A stretch of 63,590 bases of DNA, from NCBI GenBank assembly GCA_031396835.1, contig JANNLO010000100.1, positions 1 to 63,590 of the forward strand. The letters are read 5' to 3'. The position numbers and the translations under genes are program-made. The notes under the pieces are model-generated. The model saw only the letters and a program-made list of their open reading frames with translations. It made no database searches and had not been told where the DNA came from. This stretch comes from Snowella sp. SOY_38_metabat_116 (lineage in GTDB: Bacteria; Cyanobacteriota; Cyanobacteriia; Cyanobacteriales; Microcystaceae). Shown piece after piece: positions 10,650 to 20,225 of this stretch. How positions within the stretch are numbered: position 1 is the stretch's first letter; every line of letters begins with the position of its first letter.

Positions 10650-11543
10650 ATGAATAACACCAGTGATTTTATCAATGAAGAAGCCGCAACCAGAGTTCGC
10701 ATTCTGAGTGAAGCTCTTCCCTATATTCAGCATTTTGCTGGGCGCACTATTGTCGTGAAATATGGTGGGGCGGCCATGAAGGATAGTTCCTTAAAAGATA
10801 AGGTGATCCGAGATATTGTTTTTATGGCTTCAGTCGGAGTGCGTCCAGTTATTGTCCATGGCGGTGGCCCAGAAATTAATAGCTGGCTAGACAAATTGGG
10901 AATTGAAGCCAAGTTTCAAGATGGTTTGCGTGTCACTGATGGCCCCACAATGGATGTGGTAGAGATGGTTTTAGTTGGTCGTGTTAATAAGGAATTAGTT
11001 TCTTTAATTAATAATGCGGGAGGATTGGCCGTTGGACTCTGTGGCAAAGATGGTAATTTGGTCACGGCTCGCCCTATTGAAACCAAGGGTATCGGTTATG
11101 TGGGAGAAGTCAGCAGCGTTAATCCCAGATTGGTCGATTCTTTGGCAAAAAGTGGTTATATTCCTGTTATTTCTAGTGTTGCGGCCGATGAATTTGGACA
11201 AGCCTACAATATCAACGCAGACACATTTGCTGGAGAAATTGCAGCCGCTTTGGGGGCAGAAAAATTAATTCTCTTGACCGATACACGAGGAATTCTCCAA
11301 GATTATCAAGATCCATCTACCCTTATTACGAAGTTAGACATCCAACAAGCACGAGAATTAATCAAAGAAGGAGTTGTGGCGGGAGGAATGATTCCTAAAG
11401 TTACTTGTTGTGTGCGATCGCTGGCTCAAGGAGTGAGAGCGGCTCATATTATTGATGGTCGTTTACCCCATGCCCTCTTACTAGAGGTGTTTAGCGATAT
11501 GGGGATTGGCTCTATGATTGTGGGATCAATTTCAATGTCATAA
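10650..11543 (+). CDS. argB: acetylglutamate kinase
   Basis: [15 protein letters not shown] and NINADT motifs. 297 aa. Confidence 0.9.
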   Translation: MNNTSDFINEEAATRVRILSEALPYIQHFAGRTIVVKYGGAAMKDSSLKDKVIRDIVFMASVGVRPVIVHGGGPEINSWLDKLGIEAKFQDGLRVTDGPTMDVVEMVLVGRVNKELVSLINNAGGLAVGLCGKDGNLVTARPIETKGIGYVGEVSSVNPRLVDSLAKSGYIPVISSVAADEFGQAYNINADTFAGEIAAALGAEKLILLTDTRGILQDYQDPSTLITKLDIQQARELIKEGVVAGGMIPKVTCCVRSLAQGVRAAHIIDGRLPHALLLEVFSDMGIGSMIVGSISMS

Positions 11544-11576
11544 ATCCTACTTGATTAGTGGATTGAAAAGGCAAAG

Positions 11577-12110
11577 TTAACTCAACCAACTTATTCTTGC
11601 CAATATCAACAGCAAAATCCCTAAAGCCACCAAAATGAAACCATTATCCTTGGTGTTAATTCTACTAGTATCTTCAAAACGAATAGCAGAGGAAACTGGA
11701 GTTGCTCTTGCGGAACTTTTCGTTGATTGTATAAGAGGCGATGAAGTATTAGCAGCAACTTGATTCAGGTCAGGAATTTCAGTCATCCATTCCTTAGGAC
11801 GGGCTAGTTGGGGAGCTTCGAGAATATAAAGTACCTGTTTACTCTGTTTACGCAGTTCTACATCAGGATGGCGTGTCAACCTCCGACAAAGACTAATGGC
11901 TTGCGGTAATTTGCTAGCAGCTTGATAGGCCATGACGAGCCATAAATTAGCTTCTCCGCCTTCACGCGAACCAAGGGGGATGAGCTTAATCGCTTCTTCT
12001 AAATTTTCTACACTCAAACGATATTGCCCCCGCTCTAGGGCAAGTTTACCTTGTTGAAACTTTTCTGAAAACTGACTGGATGACTTAGAAACCACAATAC
12101 GCGATCGCAA
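11577..12110 (-). CDS. hypothetical protein, TPR-like N-terminal region and C-terminal transmembrane helix
   Basis: Helical repeat-like N-terminal half and hydrophobic C-terminus GFILVALGILLLILARI. The start is non-ATG (TTG or GTG), so the 5' end is uncertain. Confidence 0.5.
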   Translation of the reverse strand: MRSRIVVSKSSSQFSEKFQQGKLALERGQYRLSVENLEEAIKLIPLGSREGGEANLWLVMAYQAASKLPQAISLCRRLTRHPDVELRKQSKQVLYILEAPQLARPKEWMTEIPDLNQVAANTSSPLIQSTKSSARATPVSSAIRFEDTSRINTKDNGFILVALGILLLILARISWLS

Positions 12111-12307
12111 AAGAGATTTTCTTGGGCTAGTTTAACATTAATGCCCAGATTTTTAAACCCAAAATATAGTAACTTTTAAGCAAAATAAACTTGCAAATTT
12201 GAAAATTTTTAGTCAATCTTAAAGACTTGTAACAAGAGGTTTCCCAAAGTGACCTTGATATTGCAAAGTATTGTTAAACTGTGTTTATTTAAAGGAGTTA
12301 AGCAATT

Positions 12308-12403
12308 ATGGCTTTATCTGATACTCAAGTCTTGGTGGCATTAGTGATTGCATTATTACCAGCCGTTCTAGCTTTCAGACTTTCGACGGAACTTTATAAA
12401 TAG
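12308..12403 (+). CDS. psaM: photosystem I reaction centre subunit XII (PsaM)
   Basis: The 31-aa ORF MALSDTQVLVALVIALLPAVLAFRLSTELYK is nearly identical to known cyanobacterial PsaM sequences. It is below the size cutoff of the ORF track. Confidence 0.8.
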   Translation: MALSDTQVLVALVIALLPAVLAFRLSTELYK

Positions 12404-12502
12404 GTTATCGTCACAAATGGATAGTTTTTCGTGGGGCGTGTTTCTTGCGCCCTATGAATTTAAAAAATCCATCTAAAAAACTCTCTAGCTATTCAAATCC
12501 CT

Positions 12503-12886
12503 ATGACTGCTCGTTCTTTTAGTTCTACCGACTCTGCTGTTTCTACTTCCCCTGGCAAATCTAAACGTCGTCGCAGTCGGCCTAAACAAGCTATTCAACC
12601 TGAGCATCAATGGCTATTGTCGGAGATTCTTTTAAAATTAGGTCTCAATAGTATTCTTGCTATCAGCGCGATCACCGCTTTAGTTCGCCTCCTACCTTAC
12701 CAACAAGTTCAACAAGTCAAATTACACGAAGTCCAAATGCAAGTTCAAGAAACAACCAGACGAGTTAGTGAATTACGGAATAACTTCAATCGGAGTTTTG
12801 ATCCGCAGCAAACTCGAAAAATTATGGCAGAACAAAGTCCCCGTCTCGACCCGAATCAACGCAATATTTTTTTGACAAAACCTTAA
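12503..12886 (+). CDS. hypothetical membrane protein with coiled-coil segment
   Basis: Basic N-terminus, one TM helix (LGLNSILAISAITALV), then a Q-rich helical segment. This is an FtsB/DivIC-like topology only; no family is recognised with certainty. Confidence 0.5.
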   Translation: MTARSFSSTDSAVSTSPGKSKRRRSRPKQAIQPEHQWLLSEILLKLGLNSILAISAITALVRLLPYQQVQQVKLHEVQMQVQETTRRVSELRNNFNRSFDPQQTRKIMAEQSPRLDPNQRNIFLTKP

Positions 12887-13097
12887 AAAATTGTAATTCT
12901 TAAATCTCTGTAGCATTGGGTCGTATCGCGTACGTTCCTAGAGAAGACTACCAAATCAATTATTGCAATTGAAGACTTGACAGTGATTCGGGAGGTAATC
13001 TGAAAGAAAAAAGAATTACCTGTTGCAAATTTTGAGCTGGCAGGTGAGGGTCAAGTGAGCAAATTTGTTTCTAAATTAAATTACTGAAGATTTTAAG

Positions 13098-13997
13098 ATG
13101 CTGGGATTTGTGAATTTAAATAAACCGAAAGCTTGGACATCCCATGATTGTGTGGCTAAAGTGCGACGATTGCTACAAATTCGTAAAGTTGGTCACGCTG
13201 GAACCCTTGATCCTTTGGCGACAGGAGTATTGCCGATCGCAGTGGGAAGAGCAACTCGTTTAATTTCCTATTTGCCCCATCAAAAAGCCTATCAAGCCAA
13301 GATTCGTTTAGGAATAAAAACGGCAACCGATGATTTGGAAGGAGAAATTTTACAAACGCGCTCAGCTTCTAATTTAACGTTAGAACAAGTAAAGCCTTAT
13401 TTATCGCAATTTTTAGGACAAATAAAACAGATACCGCCCATTTATAGTGCTATTCAACAGGACGGAAAACGGCTCTACGATTTGGCTCGTCAAGGAAAAG
13501 TGGTGGAAGTTCCCAGTCGTCGGGTAGAAATTTTTGAGATTCAGGTTTTGGCATGGAATCACGGTGAATTTCCTGAATTGGATTTATTAATTCGTTGCGG
13601 GGAAGGGACTTATATTCGGGCGATCGCTAGGGATTTGGGGAATTTACTGGGAGTTGGCGGAACTTTGGCGGGCTTAATTCGGACGGAAAGCGGAGGAATG
13701 AATTTAGAAAAAAGTATTACTTTGGAAGAACTGGCTTCTCAAGTTGAAAACCAAACTTTTAATTTGATTTCTCCCCAAACGGCGATCGCGGCTTTGCCTA
13801 AAATTTTGCTAGATTTTGAAACGAGCCAACGTTGGTGTCAGGGACAAAAAATTGCCTTAACTGATACAAATAATACAAACTTCAATCTGGGACAAATTTT
13901 GAGAGTGGAACAAGAAAATGAAAATTTATTGGGCATTGGAGAAATTGTGGAGATCGAAACAATTTTACGTTTAATTCCCAAGGTCGTTCTTGTTTGA
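13098..13997 (+). CDS. truB: tRNA pseudouridine(55) synthase
   Basis: GHAGTLDPLATGVLPI catalytic motif. 299 aa. Confidence 0.9.
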   Translation: MLGFVNLNKPKAWTSHDCVAKVRRLLQIRKVGHAGTLDPLATGVLPIAVGRATRLISYLPHQKAYQAKIRLGIKTATDDLEGEILQTRSASNLTLEQVKPYLSQFLGQIKQIPPIYSAIQQDGKRLYDLARQGKVVEVPSRRVEIFEIQVLAWNHGEFPELDLLIRCGEGTYIRAIARDLGNLLGVGGTLAGLIRTESGGMNLEKSITLEELASQVENQTFNLISPQTAIAALPKILLDFETSQRWCQGQKIALTDTNNTNFNLGQILRVEQENENLLGIGEIVEIETILRLIPKVVLV

Positions 13998-14034
13998 TAA
14001 ACTGGACGATAATAACAATAGCAATAAATTTTTT

Positions 14035-14475
14035 ATGATTATGATAATACGATTCTTTCTTAGTATTTGTTTAGCTTGTCTCTTGGTTCTTGGTGGTTTA
14101 TTAATATCTCCCAACGCGATCGCTTTAACTGAAATTCCCTTATTAGATATTGATTATAAAGACTGTCCGCCCGAATTAGCAGAAGGAAGTGTTGGCAGTG
14201 GTTCTAATGAGCCAGCAAGTTGTTTTCTAGTAATCGGAAAAACTAAAAATACATCAGGTAAAACAGTTTATGATGCCGATGTTTTTGGAAGAATTTATGA
14301 TGCAAATAATGAACCAACTATGCAAAATCGAAATCGTATTGGTTCTATTACGGAGATTAAGCCTGGTGTTCATGATTTTGAAATGCGTATTAGTGTGCCA
14401 ACGAGTCAACCAACTCCTTTAAAATTAGAGCAATTTAAAGCTTCTGGATTTACTGGAAAAGTTCGTAAATATTAG
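14035..14475 (+). CDS. hypothetical exported protein
   Basis: Open frame with a signal-like N-terminus MIMIIRFFLSICLACLLVLGGLL. The ATG at 14035 is preferred over the TTG at 13990, which overlaps truB. Confidence 0.5.
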   Translation: MIMIIRFFLSICLACLLVLGGLLISPNAIALTEIPLLDIDYKDCPPELAEGSVGSGSNEPASCFLVIGKTKNTSGKTVYDADVFGRIYDANNEPTMQNRNRIGSITEIKPGVHDFEMRISVPTSQPTPLKLEQFKASGFTGKVRKY

Positions 14476-14517
14476 TCAATGTTTAGAGTTTTTGTTGTTA
14501 GCTACACACTCATTTAA

Positions 14518-15579
14518 ATGGAAATTCGTTCCAGGTTTATGTTAGATTTTTTTCTGAGAATTCCTTTAATTGGATGCTTTCTTTTGAGTTTAAATGCCTG
14601 CGAATGGATTAGTCAAAGAATTTTTCTGCCGACTCAATTTACAGCCCAAAATTTAGGAGTAATTGTCAATGAAGCTGATCCTTTAAGTGTACAAATTGCC
14701 GAGTATTATCAGCTTCAACGTCAAATTCCTCCGCAAAATATTATTAAAATTTCTTTTCCGCCCAATCGTTCTGAAATTTCATCTCAAGAATTTTTAGCGT
14801 TGCAAGCTAAGGTTAAGGCCAAAACACCAAGCCAAGTTGAAGGTTATGCGTTGACTTGGGCAGCACCTTATCGAGTTGAATGTATGTCGATTACCAGTGC
14901 TTTTGCTTTTGGTTTTGACAAAACCCATTGCGCGAATGGTTGTACTCCAACGGCTGTCAATCCTTATTTCAATCAACCGACGATTCACCCCTATCAAGAT
15001 TTTAAAATGCGCCCGACGATGATGATCGCTGCCACGAATTTTGCCCAAGCGAAAAGTCTGATTGATCGAGGTGTGGCTTCAGATGCAACCAATCCATCGG
15101 GAACTGCCTATTTAATGAATACCAGTGATCAGGCGCGAAATGTGCGATCGCAGTTTTATCCAATGATTCAAAAATATTTGGCTTCCCGTTTTAATTTGGT
15201 AATAATTAAAGGAGATGCGTTGACAAATAGAACCGATGTTATGTTTTATATTACTGGACGAGAACGGGTTGAAAAAATAAAAACAAATCGCTTTCAGGCA
15301 GGTGCGATCGCCGATCATCTAACTTCTGTTGGGGGACAACTAACTGATAGTTCCCAAATGAGTAGTTTGCGTTGGTTAGAAGCAGGAGCAACAGGTAGTT
15401 ATGGCGCAGTCGTTGAACCCTGTAACTTTTTACAAAAATTTCCTCATCCAGGCTTACTTATTCAATCTTATTTAGACGGAGCAACGCTTTTGGAAAGTTA
15501 TTGGAGAAGTGTCGCCTGGCCTGGCCAAGGAGTTTTTATTGGGGAACCGTTGGCTCGTCCTTTTGGAAAAAAGCCTTAA
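14518..15579 (+). CDS. hypothetical lipoprotein/exported protein (possibly TIGR03790-like)
   Basis: Leader ending LSLNAC (lipobox-like). The VIVNEADPLSVQIAEYYQLQRQIP segment resembles my recollection of the TIGR03790 family; unverified. Confidence 0.5.
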   Translation: MEIRSRFMLDFFLRIPLIGCFLLSLNACEWISQRIFLPTQFTAQNLGVIVNEADPLSVQIAEYYQLQRQIPPQNIIKISFPPNRSEISSQEFLALQAKVKAKTPSQVEGYALTWAAPYRVECMSITSAFAFGFDKTHCANGCTPTAVNPYFNQPTIHPYQDFKMRPTMMIAATNFAQAKSLIDRGVASDATNPSGTAYLMNTSDQARNVRSQFYPMIQKYLASRFNLVIIKGDALTNRTDVMFYITGRERVEKIKTNRFQAGAIADHLTSVGGQLTDSSQMSSLRWLEAGATGSYGAVVEPCNFLQKFPHPGLLIQSYLDGATLLESYWRSVAWPGQGVFIGEPLARPFGKKP

Positions 15580-15613
15580 AATTCAAACCTGTTTCAAATT
15601 AATTAATTATTTA

Positions 15614-16012
15614 TTAATAATATTTACCAATTCCCTTAATACTTAAACGATAATCACTATTGACTTGATTTAAAATCCATTGAACATAGGTATTACTATT
15701 TGGGCCAGGAAAGTAACGATAACAGTCTTTATAAGGATAATTTTTGGGACTATTTTCAATAATTTCTGTAAATTGAACGGCTGATTTTCCTGTCCAAGAA
15801 ATTTCTAACCAACTTGTTCCATTGCCAACACCTGCATCAAAAGGCATTAAATTTTTATGTAAATATCCCCAACTTTCTGGAGACAAATCAGGTTTTTGCC
15901 ACACTTCCCAGCGAGTTGCTCGATTTTCCTGAACAACAACATACCAATAATGAATGGCAATTTGTCCGATAATAGGAATTTTAGCGGCTCTTAATTGGAC
16001 AATAGTTTCCAT
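15614..16012 (-). CDS. hypothetical protein (possibly DUF3750-like)
   Basis: W/Y-rich conserved-looking frame (IAIHYWYVVVQENRATRWEVWQ). The start at METIVQL (16012) avoids overlap with the divergent permease gene. Confidence 0.45.
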   Translation of the reverse strand: METIVQLRAAKIPIIGQIAIHYWYVVVQENRATRWEVWQKPDLSPESWGYLHKNLMPFDAGVGNGTSWLEISWTGKSAVQFTEIIENSPKNYPYKDCYRYFPGPNSNTYVQWILNQVNSDYRLSIKGIGKYY

Positions 16013-16033
16013 GCTTATGATGATTTTAATATT

Positions 16034-16954
16034 ATGAACTTTTTGATCGATGAATCGAGTCGTTATTATTTTTGGCAAGAAGCCCTGCGAAGGTTTTGTC
16101 GCGATCGCCTAGCTTTATTGGGAACGGGAATTTTACTAATTATTATTTTAGGCATTTTATTCGGCCCAGTGATCTATCAGGTTCCTATTGATAAAATTGA
16201 TTTTAGTCAAACTGCCGCCCTACCGAGTTGGCAACATCCTTTAGGAACAAATGATTTAGGACAAGACCAATTAGCGCGTCTTTTAGTAGGTGGTAGAATT
16301 TCTCTAAGCGTTGGCATTAGTGCGATGTTAGTTGCCATAATTTTAGGAACAATTATTGGTCTGATCGCGGGTTTTTATGGAGGTATTATTGATATAATCT
16401 TAATGCGTTTTACCGATTTATTTTTATCTTTACCCCAGCTACCTTTATTATTATTAGTTGTTTATTTATTTCGTGATTCTATTAAAGCAATAATTGCCCA
16501 AATTCCCTTTATTAAAGCACCCGCAGAAGTTGGAATTTTTCTATTAGTAGTATTAATGATTGGAGGATTGAATTGGATGTCCTTAGCGCGATTAGTGAGA
16601 GCCGATATTTTAAAACTCAGAGAAATGGAATTTATCAGTGCTGCAACTGCCCTTGGAGCTAGACCAAGACGTATTATTTGGACACATCTTTTTCCCAATG
16701 TTTTAAATGTTATTATTGTCTCTGCAACCTTGGCAATTGGAAATGCGATTATTACCGAATCAACTTTAAGTTTTTTAGGATTAGGATTTCCGCCTGATGT
16801 GCCGACTTGGGGACAAATGCTTTATAGTGCCAAGGATTATCTAACATCTGCCCCTCAAATGGTTTTATTTCCTGGATTAGCAATTTTTTTGACAGTTTTA
16901 AGCATTAATTATATTGGTGATGGACTCAGAGATGCCTTTGATCCTAAACAGTAA
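16034..16954 (+). CDS. ABC transporter permease, DppC/OppC type
   Basis: N-terminal FWQEALRRFCRDRLALLG and EAA-type loop FISAATALGARPRRIIWTHLFPN. No partner oppA/B/D/F genes are adjacent. The ATG at 16034 is preferred over 15995. Confidence 0.8.
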   Translation: MNFLIDESSRYYFWQEALRRFCRDRLALLGTGILLIIILGILFGPVIYQVPIDKIDFSQTAALPSWQHPLGTNDLGQDQLARLLVGGRISLSVGISAMLVAIILGTIIGLIAGFYGGIIDIILMRFTDLFLSLPQLPLLLLVVYLFRDSIKAIIAQIPFIKAPAEVGIFLLVVLMIGGLNWMSLARLVRADILKLREMEFISAATALGARPRRIIWTHLFPNVLNVIIVSATLAIGNAIITESTLSFLGLGFPPDVPTWGQMLYSAKDYLTSAPQMVLFPGLAIFLTVLSINYIGDGLRDAFDPKQ

Positions 16955-17035
16955 GCTAAAATAAAAAGACACTATCTTCATAAATTTAAGCTAACTGCAA
17001 ATATTATAAAAAGTAAAGAGAATTATTATTATTTT

Positions 17036-18373
17036 ATGAGTGAATTATCCATTCTTCCTGCTAAAATTAACGCTGTTTTACCTGACTCTATTGCCGAAGA
17101 ATTAGGCTTTGAACCTGGAGATGCGATCGCAACAGTAAATGGCATGAAACTCAGAGATCTAATTGATTATCAATTTCTTTGTGCTGATGAATATTTAACC
17201 TTAGAAGTCATTGATAGTCAAGGAAAAACCCATCACATTGAACTTGAAAAAGATTATGATGACGATTTAGGATTAAGTTTTGAAACAGCCTTATTCGATG
17301 GTTTAATTCAGTGTAATAATCATTGTCCTTTTTGTTTTATCGATCAACAGCCTCCAGGAAAACGAGAAAGTTTATACCTAAAAGATGATGATTATCGCCT
17401 AAGTTTTCTTTACGGAAGTTATTTAACCTTAACTAATTTAAACCAAAAAGAATGGCAACGTATCGAACAAATGCGCCTGTCTCCTCTTTATGTTTCCGTT
17501 CACGCAACAGAACCTGATATTAGAATTAAATTACTCAAAAATAATCGTGCAGGACAACTATTAGAACAACTAAAATGGTTCCAAGAAAGACGTTTACAAA
17601 TTCATGCCCAAGTCGTTGTTTGTCCGGATATTAATGATAGTATTCATCTAGAAAAAACTCTTTTAGATTTAGCAAAATTTCATAAAGGAGATATTCCCAC
17701 CGTTATTTCCGCAGCAGTCGTCCCCGTCGGTTTAACTCGTTTTCGTCCCGCCGAAGATGAATTAATTCCCGTTAGTCAAGAAAAAGCTTTAGAAGTTATT
17801 CAACAAGTACAAAGATTACAAGTTAAATTTCAGAAAAAATTTCAGAGCCATTTTGCTTGGTTAGCTGATGAATGGTTTTTAATCGCTCAAATTGAATTAC
17901 CGCCCGAATCCCACTATGAAGATTATCCTCAAATTGGCAATGGAGTGGGATCAATTCGCCAATTTATTAAATATTTTTTAAATTTAACTAAAACATTATT
18001 ACCCCAAAAAATAGCAGTACCAAAACGTTTAACTTGGGTTGTTGGTAACGCCGTAGAAAAAGCCTTTGAACCCTTAGTAAATGAATTAAATCAAGTTAAA
18101 AATTTAACGATCAATTTAGCACCTCTGCGCAGTTATTATTGGGGGCAAGAAATTACAGTAACAGGTTTATTAACAGGACAAGATTTAATTGATGGTTTAC
18201 AAAATAAAGATTTAGGAGATGGAATTTTATTACCTTCATTAATGTTGAAACATGACGATACAAAATTTTTGGATGATCTAACTGTTGAAGATGTTTCCCT
18301 TGCTCTTAAGGTTCCTATTTTTCTTGTTAAAGATGTAGAAGAACTCATGAATTATTGTATTAAATCAATTTGA
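17036..18373 (+). CDS. PDZ + radical-SAM-like DUF512 protein
   Basis: N-terminal PDZ-like segment, then CNNHCPFCF (CxxxCxxC) cluster motif. 445 aa, typical of cyanobacterial DUF512 proteins. Confidence 0.75.
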   Translation: MSELSILPAKINAVLPDSIAEELGFEPGDAIATVNGMKLRDLIDYQFLCADEYLTLEVIDSQGKTHHIELEKDYDDDLGLSFETALFDGLIQCNNHCPFCFIDQQPPGKRESLYLKDDDYRLSFLYGSYLTLTNLNQKEWQRIEQMRLSPLYVSVHATEPDIRIKLLKNNRAGQLLEQLKWFQERRLQIHAQVVVCPDINDSIHLEKTLLDLAKFHKGDIPTVISAAVVPVGLTRFRPAEDELIPVSQEKALEVIQQVQRLQVKFQKKFQSHFAWLADEWFLIAQIELPPESHYEDYPQIGNGVGSIRQFIKYFLNLTKTLLPQKIAVPKRLTWVVGNAVEKAFEPLVNELNQVKNLTINLAPLRSYYWGQEITVTGLLTGQDLIDGLQNKDLGDGILLPSLMLKHDDTKFLDDLTVEDVSLALKVPIFLVKDVEELMNYCIKSI

Positions 18374-18420
18374 TTTTCTTAGCAGATATGTTATATTAAC
18401 TACTAAAATTGGATAGAAAA

Positions 18421-19074
18421 ATGCGAGACTTAAACAATTCTAAACAAGATTGGGAAACATCCCTACTAAAAAGTTTTTGGGAAATGGTCAATGCACCCGA
18501 TGGTGATTTTGGGGTTTTAGCTCAACTTTCTCAATCCAGTAGTGATCCCGTCAGCTTAAATTTAATCATAGATTTTCTTTGTCGCGATCGCCAATGTCAA
18601 AAAGCCTTTGAACAGCGTATTAGTATCGGGCCAATTGACTTAGACAAACTATTTCAGTTACCAAAAAAAACTTTGGGATATGCCTATGCCCAACATATGC
18701 TAATAAATAATCTTAAACCCTTATTAGCAGAAAAAATTCAGAATGATCATCAATTTTTAATGGCTCATATTACTGAAACCCATGATATTTGGCACGTTAT
18801 TACAGGAAGTGATACGAGTATTTATGGAGAAATTAAACTAGAAGCTTTTTCCTTCGCTCAATTCTCTGCTTCACGTTTTTGGTTAGCTTTATTAGCGAAA
18901 AATTTACTCAAATCTGCTGTTTTTAATATCGAATCTGGCACAAATTATTTGGACGCTCTAACGGAAGGATGGTTAATAGCAAAACAAGCGAAACCCCTTT
19001 TTGGAATTGAATGGAATACTTTATGGGATAAATCTTTAATCGATGTTCGAGCTTCTTTGAATATTATTATTTAG
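18421..19074 (+). CDS. Coq4-family protein
   Basis: HDIWHVITGSDTSIYGE matches HDxxH-x11-E, the Coq4 metal-binding signature (nt 18781..18831). The ATG at 18421 is preferred over the TTG at 18409. Confidence 0.7.
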   Translation: MRDLNNSKQDWETSLLKSFWEMVNAPDGDFGVLAQLSQSSSDPVSLNLIIDFLCRDRQCQKAFEQRISIGPIDLDKLFQLPKKTLGYAYAQHMLINNLKPLLAEKIQNDHQFLMAHITETHDIWHVITGSDTSIYGEIKLEAFSFAQFSASRFWLALLAKNLLKSAVFNIESGTNYLDALTEGWLIAKQAKPLFGIEWNTLWDKSLIDVRASLNIII

Positions 19075-19198
19075 TTTTAATCATGCTTAAAGAACAATAG
19101 ATTTAGTTTAAATTTAATAACTTTAATAACTTTATTGTTTGCGATTATTATCATTGTCAATTTACGATATATTTAAATTTTATCTGCCCTAAAATCGA

Positions 19199-20128
19199 AT
19201 GGTTACTATTATTTATTCTGATCAATTTTTAAGCCATGAAACAGGTGCATTTCATCCTGAATCTCCCGCCCGTTTAACTGCTATTATAAACGCCTTAAAA
19301 AGAGCAAATTGGCACGATCAACTTCATTGGCAAGTTCCAACTCCTCTTACTAAGCGCGATGTCTTACCTTTTATCCAAAAACTCCATACCCAAACCTATA
19401 TTAATCGGGTCAAAACAATCGCAGATCAAGGTGGTGGCTTCTTAGATATGGACACTCCAGTTTCTGCTCAGAGTTATAATATTGCCTTATTAGCGGTTAA
19501 TGGCTGGTTAGATGGAATTGACCAAGTTTTAGTTACTGATAATCCTGTTTTTGTCTTGGCACGTCCTCCTGGACACCATGCTGTTAGTAATACGGGAATG
19601 GGATTTTGTCTTTTTTCTAATGCAGCGATCGCGGCTTATTATGCCTTACAAAAACCAGAAATTAAGCGGGTTGCAATTGTCGATTGGGATGTTCATCATG
19701 GCAACGGAACAGAAGCTTTGGTCGAAAATAATCCTCATATTGCCTATTGTTCTTTGCATCAATTTCCTTGTTATCCAGGAACAGGCCGAGAAAGCGATCG
19801 CGGACAACATAATAATGTCTTAAATATTCCCATGAAAGCAGGCAGTTCACTACAAGATTATCAACTAGCTTTTATGACAAAAGTAATACCTTTTTTAAAG
19901 CATTTTCAACCCGATTTATTAATAGTAAGTGCAGGCTATGATGCTAATAAAAATGATCCTTTAGCAGAAGTTAATTTACAACCTTCAGATTATGGTATTT
20001 TTACCAACTATTTGTTAGGTATAACTCGTCGAATTATGTTTGGTTTAGAAGGAGGTTATGATTTAGAAAGTTTAGCAAATTCTGTTGTGGCAACGGTAGA
20101 TGCTTGCTTAACTTTAAGAAAGTCTTAA
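19199..20128 (+). CDS. histone deacetylase-family amidohydrolase
   Basis: RPPGHHA and DWDVHHGNGT motifs; GYD near the C-terminus. Confidence 0.85.
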   Translation: MVTIIYSDQFLSHETGAFHPESPARLTAIINALKRANWHDQLHWQVPTPLTKRDVLPFIQKLHTQTYINRVKTIADQGGGFLDMDTPVSAQSYNIALLAVNGWLDGIDQVLVTDNPVFVLARPPGHHAVSNTGMGFCLFSNAAIAAYYALQKPEIKRVAIVDWDVHHGNGTEALVENNPHIAYCSLHQFPCYPGTGRESDRGQHNNVLNIPMKAGSSLQDYQLAFMTKVIPFLKHFQPDLLIVSAGYDANKNDPLAEVNLQPSDYGIFTNYLLGITRRIMFGLEGGYDLESLANSVVATVDACLTLRKS

Positions 20129-20225
20129 AGAAGTGATTAATTGCTATCAAAAAAAGATTTGGAATAGAAAAAATGTTGATCAATTTAAAGTTTAGTGACA
20201 ATAATTTAGATGACTTTTATATTAT

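Noticed and set aside
12433-12454. GGGCG-loop-CGCCC hairpin after psaM as a terminator
   Set aside because: It has only a 5-bp stem and a weak T-tract. That is too weak to report as a feature.
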